NCBI RefSeq assembly: GCF_006345805.1
Contig: NC_043020.1
Coordinates: 17,918,001-17,982,000 of the forward strand
Reading direction: 5' to 3'
From: Octopus sinensis
Lineage: Eukaryota
Length of the DNA stretch: 64,000 nucleotides
Each line of letters begins with the position of its first letter. Within the stretch, counting starts at the first letter, position 1. The notes below the pieces were generated by a model, which was not told the DNA's origin, did no database searches, and saw only the letters and a list, made by a program, of their open reading frames with translations. Made by a program: the position numbers and the translations under genes. Of this stretch, positions 52,243-64,000 are shown piece by piece.

Positions 52243-52966
52243 GAGCTTCCTTATAACTCGTGTGTTTGAAGAGCTGTAAACAGCAAAAAGCACTTAACAC
52301 ATCATGAAAACATCCTTCCATAAAGTTTGTGTGATTCTGCTCTTGTTTTTAAGATTTTTAAAAATAATTAATAATTTTTATTTCGTTTTTGGATTTGGTT
52401 TAATCATTATTAATTTCAAGAAAATCTTTTCTTTTTTATATTGTTTACATGCATGTTCCAACATTTCATATGACTTTTATCAATAAAACATATTGAAACT
52501 TTGAAACTTCTTACAAGTTTGTCGTCGTAATGTTGTCATAGACAGCTATCACGCATAAAATGCCAGCTTCCAATTCTGTTTGGGTAAAAATGATCAAATC
52601 TCCGTAACATTTTTCTAAAATTTTTCTGTTTTTCTGCAACAAGTGAATCACAAAATCTGATTCAACGGCAAAAATTACATCTATATAGCAAATTTGGAAA
52701 TGTTCACTTAATTTTAAAATTTCAAAAACAGTGGCAGCAACAGAAAAGATTCTTTTCGGGTTCTATTGCAATTTGGTTTCAAATTTTGGGATAAGGCCAG
52801 AAATTTCAGAAGAAGAAGTAAGTCGATTGCATCACTCCAGTATTCAACTGGTACTTATTTTATTGACCCCTAAAGGAAGAAAGGCAAAGTCGACTTCGGT
52901 GGAATTTGAATTCAGAGCGTAAAGATGAACGAAATTCCGCTAAGCCTTTTCCCCGGCGCAGTAACG

Positions 52967-53530
52967 GGAACTTTTCGGTTTGAACGGCAGTTTTTCTGGC
53001 GGTGTCATATGAAATTGTCACCCATAATTATGACCCTAGTATCGATCTATTGCATTTCAATCTGTTTTAGGGTTAGGGGTGGGGGGAAGGGTATCTTTTT
53101 TTTCTTCACAAATGTAAATAAACCCAATCTGTTTCTTAAACGAGGGACATATTCATTCGGCACAGAATGTTTTTTTTTTTTTACCTCAATAGACGTCAGT
53201 GATTGGTTGAAATTGCAGAAATTGAAGAAAAAACAACAAGTATCTTACAAACTATAGAATTTTCTCAATAAAGCCAAGAGAAAAAGATGTTTTATAAACA
53301 CATTCTACCAGTATACGAAGTTCAAAAGTGTTTAGTTACGTGGAAATTATTCTTAAAAATTGCCGGTCAAACCGAAAAGATCCCAAATATCTTACAAACT
53401 ATAGAATTTTCTCAATAAAGCCAAGAGAAAAAGATGTTTTATAAACACATTCTACCAGTATACGAAGTTCAAAAGTGTTTAGTTACGTGGAAATTATTCT
53501 TAAAAACTGCTGTTCAAACTGAAAAGATCC
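52967..53530. mobile_element. GGATC-family MITE with tandemly duplicated 3' end, inserted into a family B SINE
   Basis: TSD cagtaacg/cagtaatg; 53385-53530 repeats ~53240-53384; SINE B halves at 52780-52958 and 53539-53558. Confidence 0.85.
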
Positions 53531-53993
53531 CAGTAATGATTCTGTCAGTTCGACACCTTAGGCACTATTGGAAATGAACTATAAGAAAACGGATCCTAAA
53601 TACTGCAACACATTCAATCCGTTTCACTGCTCATTCTACCAACTTTACTGCTCTACTATAGAGGAGAATGAACTCGGAAAAATATTTGATAGTGACAATT
53701 TATATTCGACACCGCTTTGCAGCCAAACCTACAGTTGCGGGTGAGTTAAACACGTGCTTTTCCTTCTACTTTAATTGATTAAGGAAAGATACTGTAAACA
53801 GGCCTAAGAAATTAGTGCTAGTCTTTGCTAACCTTTAAAGAGTTTTAACAGCTCAAAAGTCAAAAATATCAAATGCTTTTTGAAATAGCTGATTAAATTT
53901 CATGAATATATCAAACAGGAAACGATAAGGTATATACAGTAAACATCAACAGGTATATTCACACCAGAAAAATGTCAAATATTAATGTATTGC

Positions 53994-54353
53994 ATTTCGT
54001 TTTTGGATTTGGTTTGCAAGATTCTTTATATGAGTTTGTGTGTTGAAGCATATTCTGTTGTGTCTGGGGAGAATCATTTTCTTTTTGTGCCTTATAATGC
54101 AACACACTCACCGGTAAAATTTCCACTTATTTTTCTTTCCCTAAAATTTTCTTCGCGTCTTGCAACCTTTTCAATTTTATTCTCCTAAAATTTTCGTTGC
54201 GTCTTGCAACCCTTTCAATAGTCAAGACTATTGAAAAGGTTACAAGACGCAACGAAAATTTTTGGAAAATAAGAAATAAGTGGAAATTTTACCGGTGAGT
54301 GTGTTACATTATAAGGCACAAAAAGAAAATGACTTTCCCCAGACACAACAGAA
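53994..54353. repeat. Fold-back element with central aa spacer, flanked by an 11-bp direct repeat
   Basis: Arms ~54049-54222 / 54225-54354; taatgtattgc at 53983 and 54354. Confidence 0.85.
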
Positions 54354-55279
54354 TAATGTATTGCGGTTTTTGGAAAACTTTAATACTTATTTTTGTAAGG
54401 CTGCCATCTCACAGAATCGTTAGCACGTCTGGTAAGATGCTTAGTCCCGTTTCGTTCGTCTTTACGTTCTGAGTTTAAATATCGCCGAAACCTCGGGGTC
54501 GATGAAATGTGTGTGGAGTGGTGTCAGTATAATCGACCTACTTCAGAATTGCTGGCCTTGTGCCAAAATTTGGAATCACAAATTATTGGTTTTTGTCATT
54601 GGCCCGCAGCCATGCTGAGCATAACCTTCATTTATTTATTTTGTCAAGTTATACCGCTTCCAGAGCTTAGTTTGTGGTTCGTTTCGTCACTTTCAGAAAG
54701 AGGTGCTAGGTGTGCTGTGTAGAACTCACACGTGTTGGATAAACAATCAAACTACAACTCAATTCCAACGGTTCCTCAACCTTTTACTACTGCTACCCAC
54801 TTTAGCAAATCGGTGATTCTTCGTTATCCCGCATGGCATTTTTTCAACGCCTTTTTGAAATAACGGATATATAGACTATAGACACGTATCTGATTGAGTT
54901 GCACAATAAATTTTATGTTCTACACATGGGGATTCATACCATTACGAAAAAAAAAAAAAAATTTTTTAAATCCTTAACTCCCCCATAATTCCTAAAAGCG
55001 CTTCGCTTTTTCGAATTTAAAAAAAAATCAGAGTTTAAAATACAGACAGCCCGAAGTTTTTGCTTAAATTCCTGCAATAGATCACCCTTGGGTACATCTG
55101 TAGTGGATGCGTGGATGTATTAATAAATACATAAGTGCTTTGTAATAAATTAAAGATTTATTATCACTACATCAATTTGTAAGCAATGTTACACATCGCT
55201 TGTACAAAATGCATATTAAATAGTGGTTGCAAATAATACATATTAAAGGAATGCATAATACAGGATACACATTAAAGCA

Positions 55280-55680
55280 GAATATGTTTGATGGTGTGCG
55301 TGTGTGTAAATCATGCATGACAGAGTCACCTTTCTGATTATTCTTTCGTCGTCCTCATAAATGCGTGGCGTTCTCTTAAACGTTGGTTCGGGTTCTCTCT
55401 AGATACCTATTTCTCCGTTCTATTTATAACATCTCAAATAGCCAGAAAAATAGATATACCGCAAGAGTGTTATTGCGTACAGTAGGTCGCTGGTCGTCCT
55501 GTTAAACTTCGCCTGACCTGCTCGGGTCAGAGGTCGAAGGGAGACGATCCATCATTTTTTGTCAGAACAAAGAGATTCTGATTTCGCGCCTTTTTGTGCA
55601 TTGGTATTTTACGACCAATGATTCTTGGGTCTGATTTCGAATCCAAGCTTTGAGAAGGAAGTGCTAATTCTTACACATCG
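55280..55680. promoter_or_regulatory. Candidate SETD4 promoter / 5' UTR exon region (locally CpG-enriched unique DNA)
   Basis: Raised CpG density in non-repetitive DNA ~0.7-1 kb upstream of the first coding exon, which itself begins at a splice acceptor (ag 56361-56362). Confidence 0.4.
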
Positions 55681-55751
55681 TCAATCCATTAAAGCTTTGG
55701 TTGACCCAAAGCTATATAGTAAAAGACACTTGCCCAAGGACTACTCAGTAT

Positions 55752-56011
55752 GACTGAACCGCTAAGTTACGGGGATGTAAACACACCAGCATCGGTTGTC
55801 AAGCGATGTTGGGGGGACAGACACACATACATATATATACATATATACGACAGGCTTATTTCAGTCTCCGTTTACCAAATCCACTCACAAGGCTTTGGTT
55901 GGCCCGAGGCTGTAGTAGAAGACACTTGCCCAAGGTGCCACACAGTGGGACTGAACCCAGAACCATGTGGTTCGTAAGCAAGCTACTTACCACACAGCCA
56001 CTTCTACGCCT
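55752..56011 (-). mobile_element. SINE family A (3'-truncated)
   Basis: Minus-strand head at 55990-56011. Confidence 0.85.
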
Positions 56012-56375
56012 ATACATTAATGTACACATCAAATATCAGGAGATTAAGAACTCTTGATGCGAGACTCTAAATGTCATCATATAAAGTGCAGAATGTTGTC
56101 CTAGTACCATGCTACTGGCTACCTCTTTTTGACTGAGAATAAAGGACTTCAGCCAGTTATAACGATTAGCTTTCACACCCATTGCAGAGAGTGTCATCTT
56201 AAGTTGCAAGCCTATGTAAACTGAGTTAAATCGAAAACTGAAGAAAACTAAGTTTACTGATTTGTAACAGTCACTCATTCTCTCTCTGTCCCTCTCTCTC
56301 CCTTCCCCTTTCTCTCTCTCTTTCTCTCCCTTTCTCATTCTTGCTCTCTTTTTCTGTTTCAGTTGTTACAATGTC

Positions 56376-56523
56376 ATGGCCAAAGGACGTACATGGAGGC
56401 AAAGAAAGAGGAAAGTCAAAGCTGACCCCAGCCTGTTTGACTCTAAATATGTCCATCTACTCAAATGGATGAGGGCAACTGACAATTTCAAGCCACCATC
56501 CTTATCTCCTCGGGTTTTTCCCA
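56376..56523 (+). CDS. SETD4: SETD4 first coding exon
   Basis: atg gcc aaa gga cgt ... ttt ccc a|gtaag. Confidence 0.88.
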
Positions 56524-59500
56524 GTAAGTAAAAAAATGTAATGTTATTTGGTTCAAATCTTTCCTTTTATTTGTTTTATTTGTGGGAAAAGGTTATCATT
56601 AAAGATGGAAGGAAGGGTCTATAGGATTTGCATGAGAGCTGCAATGCTGTATGGGAGTGAGAGAGAGATAGCAATAGAATAGAATAAATACCAGGCTTCG
56701 TAGAAAAATAAGTTGTGGCAGTCGATTTATTTGACTAAAAATTCTTCAAGGCAGTGCCCCAGCATGGCAGCAGACTAATGACTGAAACAAATAAAAGATA
56801 AAAGATTAAAATGATAATGATTATGAGCTTTTTCGTTTTTCTTTTCCAGATACTGGTCGTGGTTTAATGACAGTAAAACCTTTACAACCAGGGGATGTTC
56901 TGATATCTGTACCAGCAGGACTAATCATCACTACAACTGTTGTCCTTGACAGTGATGTCTCATCCTTAATCAAAAGGTATTACTCTTTTACTGATTTAAA
57001 TTCCTTGGATTGCAGCCATTCTGAGGGCCAAATTTGTGGTGTTTTAATCAGTTATCATCATCTGCCGGCATCACTTGTTAGTTGTTGGAGCACTGCACCC
57101 TTCAAAACTTCCATGCTTTCTGAGATTCACCAACACTACACCTGATTTTCTCCCCTCCATACACATGCAAGCATGTATCTGACTCATACATTGTTCACTT
57201 CCCAGACATTTGTACATTACTGCATATGCTTTATATGCACTTTTGGCAAGTTGTGCACCTGAGCACTATACAATAATTTCATTATTATCATCATCTGTTA
57301 ATGTCTGTTCTCCATGCTGGTGAGCTATCGAGGCTCCATTTTTTTTTTCTATTTTGGCATGGTTTCTATGGCTGGATGCCCTTTCTAATGCCAACCACTT
57401 TACAGACTGTGCTGGGTGCTTTTTACGTGGCACTGGCATGGGTACATTTCCATAATACCATCACAGGTGCATATATGTGACACCAGCATGGATGCTTTTA
57501 TGTGGGACTGGCACAGGTGCTTTTACATGACACTAGTACAGGTGCTTTTACATGGCACCAGCACCCACAAGCCTCAAGACTAGGACCTCTTAGCCGAGAG
57601 AGGGTTGTAGAGGACTTACCTGGATGCATGGACAGCCAAGATTTTACTTAGCTTGACATGTCTTCTCAAGCATAGCAAATCATATGTCCTGGTCCCTTGT
57701 CATCTCCTCTGTGGGGTCTGTCTGAAGACCCTTTCTCACCACTTTGTCACATATCTTCCTGGGTAAGAGGCTTGCACATTACCATCATCTCTTTTTCGCT
57801 GTCTCTTACTGCTCTCTCTCTCTTGCACTCTCACTCTCATTCTTGACCTCTCTCTCTCTCACTCACACTCTCTCCCTTCCACATGTTCCCTCCACAATTA
57901 GAAATTGGCACTTCATTGTCGAATTATGTATTTCAATCTGGTATTTATTTTATTTGGTGCTGCTTTAGTGTGTAGTCTACTGCAGCATCCATAGTGTATG
58001 TTATGAAATAACATGATCTGGGTTAGGAATAGGGTTTAAGGTTAAAGTTAGGGTAAGGGTTAGTCTGCACGCTCAAGTGTAAATGGCCAGGTAGAGTGTA
58101 CACTAAAATGGCACCATTTATCAACTCTAAGCAAATGTGCACTTCAAGGTTATTTCGTAGTCTTCGCACTTACATTTCCATTCCTCCTGGCCTTTGTTCA
58201 TTCCTTCCCCTGTTCCTTTCCTTGGTCTTCAAGCCTTGCATTAACTGGGTACTCTTCTCCAAAATTGGTGCCACAAAAAATGCATCCATTACATTCTATA
58301 AAGTGGTTGGCAATAGGGAAGACAACCAACTCTAGGAACCAAGTGAAATGACACATACGAGTAGCAGTCTTTAGGAGCAGTAGCTCTCAGTTGGAAATAA
58401 ATGGCTTGGACCGTGATGACACATCCAATTCATACCAGCATTAAAGTGCAAAATTGATGATGAATCATAAAGTTATGTTTGAAAGAAGGGACGCAACTCT
58501 TACGAGGCAGTTTAACGTCTGTAAACGTGAACACATGCACATACTGACACGCACGTCATCGTTTAGCGTCCGCTTTCCATGCTGGCATGGGTTGGACGGT
58601 TCAACTGGGGTCTGGGAAGCCAGAAGGCTGCACCAGGCCCAGTCTGATCTGACAGTGTTTCTACAGCTGGATGCCCTTCCTAACGCCAACCACTCCATGA
58701 GTGTAGTGGGTGCTTTTTACGTGCCAGACGAAGCTGGCAAACGGCCAGGATCGGATGGTGCTTTTTGCGTGCCACCGGCACGGAGGGCAGGCGAGGCTAT
58801 TTATATGACCAGTTTCTGTAAGTTTTTGTCTTCTGAATTTTACTCACAAAGCTCTGAAAAACCCTTGGTAACTGTAGGAGACACTTGCTTGATTAAAATT
58901 TGGTACACAGTGGAATCAAACCCAGAATCATCAGCTGTAAAGTGAACTTCTTAAACAGACTGCTATGTCTGAACCTTTGGACATAAAGGAAAATAATGGG
59001 TTAAATCTGATCAGTTTAGAGTTATTAGTGGCCAAGTTGTGTGGATGTTAACAATAAGAGATTATATCACATGTTAAGAATATGGAAACCTGGCCTCGTG
59101 CCGGTGGCACGTAAAAAGCACCATCCGATCGTGGCTGTTTGCCAGCCTTGTCTGGCACCTGTGCCGGTGGCACGTAAAAAGCACCCACTACACTCACAGA
59201 GTGGTTGGCGTTAGGAAGGGCATCCAGCTGTAGAAACATTGCCAGATCAGACTGGGCCTGGTGCAGCCTTCTGGCTTCCCAGACCCCAGCTGAACTGTCC
59301 AACCCATGCTAGCATGGAAAGCGGACGCTAAACGATGATGATGATATTCAACTGCTGTTGCTTTTTTTTTTCCCCTACCTGGATATTCAATTATTTGATC
59401 AATTGCACTCATTGTCATTGAAGTTTTTAAATGAAGAGCTGGACCAGAAAACTGGTTGTGATAATGTGGTGCATGAAATGAAGCAGCAGAAGCTCTGATG

Positions 59501-61351
59501 ATTAAGCCATTATGGGATACCAAGGGTAGCCTTAAGATAGACACTGCCTGGGAAATGAAAACCTGGGTAACCAGAGAACATTTGGTGTAGAACAGTTGAA
59601 GGTGAGCTGAAAGAAGTGGATCTTTGTGGGGACAAGGAATAGTAAAATGTTAAAGACTAAAGGCAGTGAGTATTAGACTCATTAGCATTAGATAGAATCA
59701 TAGCATAAAGGCGGCAAGCTGGGTGAAATGCTTAGCAGTATTTCGTCTGCCGTTACGTTCAGAGTTCAAATTCCACCAAGGTCGACTTTGCCTTACATCC
59801 TTTCGGGGTCGATAAATAAAGTACCAGTTATGCACTGGGGTCGATGTAATTGACTTAATCCCTTTGTCTATCCTTGTTTGTCTCCTCTATGTTTAGCCCC
59901 TTGTGGGCAATAAAGAAATAAGAATCATTAGCATACTGGGCAAAATGCTTGGTGGCATTTCGTTCATCTTTATGATCTGAGTTCAAATTCCACCAAAGTT
60001 GACTTTCAGGGTTCATAAAATAAGTATCAATTAAGCACTGGGGTTAATGTAATTCACATACTCCCTCCACACTTGAAACAAGTAAAAGTTAGTAAAAAAT
60101 ATTTGTTTAAATTGTTGAAGGCTTTGAGAACAAGAAGAGAATTAAATTAATGTCTGTCCTTCTCTTTCTATCTCTCTTTTGATAAATGGAATTATGTCTT
60201 GTGATTTCAGATGCAACCCACCAATCACTGCTCAGGCTGCCCTCTCTGTATTCCTATTGGCTGAGAGAGCTAAAAGCAGTGATTCAGTTTGGAGCAGTTA
60301 TATTTCAATGTTACCATTGGAATTTGACACCATCACTAACTGGGAAACTGAGGCAGTAGATGCCTTACCACCATATACATCACGTCTGGCACAGAAGAGT
60401 TTGAAGACTTTTTATGATGCTTATGCAGCAATCTCTCAATGCTGCTGTGCACTTGATTATCCTTACCTCACCAGTGTTTTGACTTGCAAGAAAAATTTCC
60501 GGTGGGCATGGAATGTTGTCAACACTCGATGTGTTTACTTTGAGGTTCCGACTTCTCCTTACATTGAAGAATCTGGAAAGAATTGTGCTTTGATTCCATA
60601 TCTAGACTTGTTGAACCATTCACCTGATGCAAAGGTCAGTTGAAAATGTTATAAAGTATTTCGTCTATTAGAACTTTCGGCTTGGGCAGCTGCTGGTCAG
60701 TTGATTGCAACATCTGATAATCTTTCAGATTATTCACATCATGAAAACTGTTTTAATATATTTTTGCTATCCCGTTTTCTCTTGCTCCTCTATATATGCA
60801 GGTCCCACCACTCACTGCATTCTCTCTCCCTCTTTGCATTCATTTGCACTAACAGCTCCCTATTCATGCACCCTTGACAATACTCTACCATCCTATTTAT
60901 TTATATATATATGTATCCAAAACAATTACAAAGAATATGGAGACTAGTACATCTTCAAATTTTTTCTTTTAATTTAACAGTTAATTATCCAGCATAATTA
61001 GTTAGTTAAAATGACTGACACATAGAGTATGTGCACTCGTGTATGCAACCCACAATATTCCATGTAGTCGAAACGTGTTGGTCAGTTTAGCTAACTAATT
61101 ACACTGTATATTATTGACTGTTAAATTAAAACAAATTTGAAGATGTACCAGTCTTTGTATTCTTTGTAATTTTGGGAACTTCTACTCTAGGGAGGCAAAC
61201 CCAAATTTAGCCATCAGAAGAATTAAAGTGGGATTGCTCACCATAAGCAATCCTTGATGCTTCTTACTACTTGATGTGATTGGCCAGAACCTTAACTATA
61301 CCTGAGAGCTCTTACAGTATCTGCTTGGATAATTTATCCCTATATATTTAA

Positions 61352-61388
<37 letters not shown>

Positions 61389-63813
61389 CTCGAGTGAGGT
61401 CGTTGCCAGTGCCGCTGGACTGGCTTCTGTGCAGGTGGCACGTGAAAAGCACCATTTGAGCGTGGCCGTTGCCAGTACCGCCTGACTGGCTCTCGTGCCG
61501 GTAGCACGTAAGAGCAACACTACACTTTCAGAGTGGTTGGTGTTAGGAAGGGCATCCAGCTGTAGAAACACTGCCAGATCAGATTGGAGCCTGGTGCAGT
61601 CGTCTGGTTTGCCAGACCTCAGTCAAATCGTCCAACCCATGCTAGCATGGAAAGCGGACGTTAAACGATGATGATGATGATTGATATATATATGTATATG
61701 TGTATATATGTGTGTGTGTGCACACATACATATGGAACAGATTTCTTCTACATCTCTCTCTCAATTAAATAGTCCCACTGAAGCACTGTTAGAAGACATC
61801 TGCCCAAAATACAGGCTGTCCAGAAATTACCTTTATAATTTGAAAAATTCAGAAGAAAAATGAAAAACAAGCATAACTTAGCAGAGTTTTATTGGGAAAA
61901 CAGCCATGCCTGCTGACAAGTTAGGGACTGAATTTTTGTTTTTCCTTTTTTGTCTTGCAAATGCAGATTCACCAAACTGAATTTTTTCACCTGTCATTTT
62001 TCTCAGGTTATTACTGAGTTCAACAAAGTCACAAATTGTTTTGAGATTCTTACCTTGGACAGCTATAGAAAATATGACCAAGTTTTCATCAAATATGGAC
62101 CACATAATAATTCAGAGCTGCTTGTGGAATATGGTTTCATCATTCCTGATAATCCTCATAATTTTTATGAATTTTCTTTCGGTTAGTATTATATTCTTTA
62201 ATTCTTTCAGTAGTTTCAGTCACTGGACTGTCAACATTCTGAGGCGGCACTTTTTGGGGTCTTAGCCTATCATATCTATTAACCCCAGTACTTATTCCAG
62301 TCTGGTACTTGGTTTTATTTATTTCTTTATTTGATATCCTAAAACCAAGATGCCATGTAAAAAGCATTGGTGTGGGTGTTGGTGCCATGTAAAAAGTACC
62401 CAGTACTCTCTGTGGAGTGGCTGGCATTAGGAAGGGCATCCAGCTGTAGAAAGCAAGCCAAAACAGACTGTGGTACCTGGTGTGGCCCCTGGCCTCGCCA
62501 GTTCCTGTCAAACCATCCAGCTCGTGCTAGTATGGGAAATGGACATTAAATAATGATGATGATGATTTGCCAAACCACAAAGTTACAAGACATAAAAGGT
62601 CACTTAATAAACACAACACTGGTTAACAAGGTAAACATAAACACAGAATCACACACGCACACACATGCAAGCTTCAGTTCAGTTTCCATTTACTAAATTG
62701 TACTCATATTGGTGTGGGTGCTGTGCCACACAAAAAAGCACTGGTACTGGTACCATGTAAAAAGCACCCAGTACACTCTGTAAAGTGGTTGGCATTAGGA
62801 AGGGCATCCAACTGTAGAAACAGACTATTGAACCTGGTGCAGCTCCTGGTCTTGTCAATTCTGGTCAAGCCATCCAACCCATGCCAGCATGGTAAAACAG
62901 ATGTTAAATGATGGTGATGATGATGATGATTTGCCAAACCACAAAGTCTTCCAAAGCGAAGGTGTCCAGGACCCTTGTCACAGCCTCCTTCATCTTCAAA
63001 ACAATTGCCCCTGAGGTTCTCCTTCAGCTTGGGGAACAACTAAAAGTCACAGGGAGCAAGATCTGGACTGCAGGGAGGCTAAGGGACAGTTTTGATGCCC
63101 ATGTCTGTTAAGTAGTTGGTTGCCAGGATACTCGTCACTGAGCAGCCTGGGAACAAACTTTGCACTAATTTTGCACATGTTCAGATCTTCATGAATAATT
63201 CTATGTACAGTTGCCATACCAATTCCAAACTGCGTGCTTATTGTCTTTATAGACACACAATGGTCATTCTCCTGAAAATTGTAAATTTTTGTCAACCAGC
63301 TTTCATGTTCTGATGTCCCTCTCCCCCCACCTCTCAGTGACCCTCACCTTCTCTCTGACATCCTTGAAATTCTTGTGCCAGTGAAAAAGTCAATCCATAA
63401 TCTCTCTGTAGTGTTTTCACCCAGTTTAACTCAAAAGCTTTATTGCATAGTGAGCTTCAAAATTGTCTTCATGTCTCAGCTGCATCTTGCAAAGTAGTCA
63501 GCTGTGAAAGCAATGTGTAGTAAGGTGTGTTCAAAGTGCTGTTACAGCTGTCTCCTTCAATTTGGAATACCAAAGACCAGAATTATTAGATGTATAGTAA
63601 TGATGTACTAAAGTTACAACAGTCTAGGGTAATTATAACTGCTTCTCCTAAAACAGTCTCAAAACTTCTGGAATGCACTTGTATTTTCAACTGTTTTGCA
63701 CTAACATTTAACATTTCCTTCTTTCTAGACACCATCAGAGACTTTTCAACCTGCCTCGATATTGCTTGCTTTCGGCAAAAGGAAGAAATACTTGAGAAAT
63801 ATAACCTGAAAAA
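56376..63813 (+). CDS. SETD4: SET domain-containing protein 4, multi-exon (3'-partial): 56376-56523, 56850-56976, 60211-60634, 62007-62181, 63729-63813
   Basis: MAKGRTWRQRKRK...FPNTGRGLM...WAWNVVNTRCVY...CALIPYLDLLNHSP...QVFIKYGPHNNSELLVEYGF matches SETD4 motifs (GKGRTSRIRRRK, FPGTGRGL, WAWCTVNTRAVY, ALAPYLDLLNHSP, YGPHDNQRLFLEYGF); GT-AG junctions in phase. Confidence 0.93.
56850..56976 (+). CDS. SETD4: SETD4 coding exon 2
   Basis: ttccag|at act ggt cgt ggt tta atg ... atc aaa ag|gtat. Confidence 0.92.
57285..57760 (-). mobile_element. Old 5'-truncated RTE element with tandem repeats
   Basis: Minus strand PRKICDKVVRK-like ORF end, gtgcttttacatggcac repeats, (atc)n tail. Confidence 0.78.
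58553..58795 (-). mobile_element. Young RTE 3' end
   Basis: gtttagcgtccgctttccatgctggcatgggttggacgg... Confidence 0.9.
59090..59345 (+). mobile_element. Young RTE 3' end (inverted relative to 58553-58795)
   Basis: ...catggaaagcggacgctaaacgatgatg. Confidence 0.9.
59709..59920 (+). mobile_element. Family B SINE nested in an older family B copy, 15-bp TSD
   Basis: agaatcattagcata on both flanks. Confidence 0.85.
60211..60634 (+). CDS. SETD4: SETD4 coding exon 3 (SET core)
   Basis: tttcag|a tgc aac cca ... gat gca aag|gtcagt; LDLLNHSP. Confidence 0.95.
60917..61174. repeat. Imperfect fold-back element, ~100-bp arms
   Basis: ccaaaacaattacaaagaata..actagtacatcttcaaattt / aaatttgaagatgtaccagtctttgtattctttgtaattttgg. 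Confidence 0.85.
61390..61682 (+). mobile_element. 5'-truncated RTE 3' end
   Basis: Conserved RTE tail and (gat)n. Confidence 0.88.
62007..62181 (+). CDS. SETD4: SETD4 coding exon 4
   Basis: tctcag|gtt att act gag ... tct ttc g|gttagt; YGPHNN..LVEYGF. Confidence 0.94.
62350..62930 (+). mobile_element. Two old RTE-type 3' ends (62350-62565, 62700-62930)
   Basis: ccatgtaaaaagcacc repeats, ggaagggcatcc, (gat)n tails. Confidence 0.8.
62935..63420 (-). mobile_element. Internally deleted mariner element
   Basis: HTH-region ATVHRIIHEDLNMCKISAKFVPRLL joined directly to YLTDMGIKTVP*PPCSPDLAPCDF*LFPKLK. Confidence 0.85.
63729..63813 (+). CDS. SETD4: SETD4 coding exon 5
   Basis: ttctag|ac acc atc aga ... 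ctg aaa aa|gtaag, phase 1 continuing exon 4. Confidence 0.8.
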
Positions 63814-64000
63814 GTAAGTTGTCCTAATTATTTCTATATAAAGGATTGATCGCTCTCTCCTCCCTCCTTGGTCTCCATCGGTTGTCCTAGCACCAGCTTC
63901 TGTTCCTTGGACGTCTTAGCAGAGTTTACTTTATGGCAGTCATTCTGAACACATACCATTAGTTTGCTCGTTGCAGATGTTGTTGGCTGTTTAGCCATTG

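Overview
AT-rich, repeat-saturated animal genomic DNA, most likely Octopus or another cephalopod (inferred from the SINE/RTE repeat landscape). It carries two intron-rich + strand genes. The first is a RERG-family small GTPase with four coding exons at 13268-40016. Its P-loop exon was not found and probably lies upstream of the window, and its G3 motif is non-canonical (DTRS). The second is the 5' part of SETD4, with five coding exons at 56376-63813, continuing past the window. The rest is mostly mobile DNA: a ~4.2 kb RTE-clade LINE (24425-28620, minus) with a C4HC3 PHD-type finger inserted inside its reverse transcriptase, about 20 truncated 3' ends of related RTE elements, at least three tRNA-derived SINE families, mariner/Tc1 relics, piggyBac-like, Merlin-like and Helitron-like non-autonomous elements, an 18S rRNA fragment and many micro/minisatellites. 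The most notable observations are the PHD-in-RT LINE, hammerhead-ribozyme motifs in short AT-rich elements (one with an intact core at 7480-7576), many short fold-back palindromes, and the atypical GTPase. Repeat family letters (A, B, D) are my own labels. Repeat boundaries are read by eye and are approximate.
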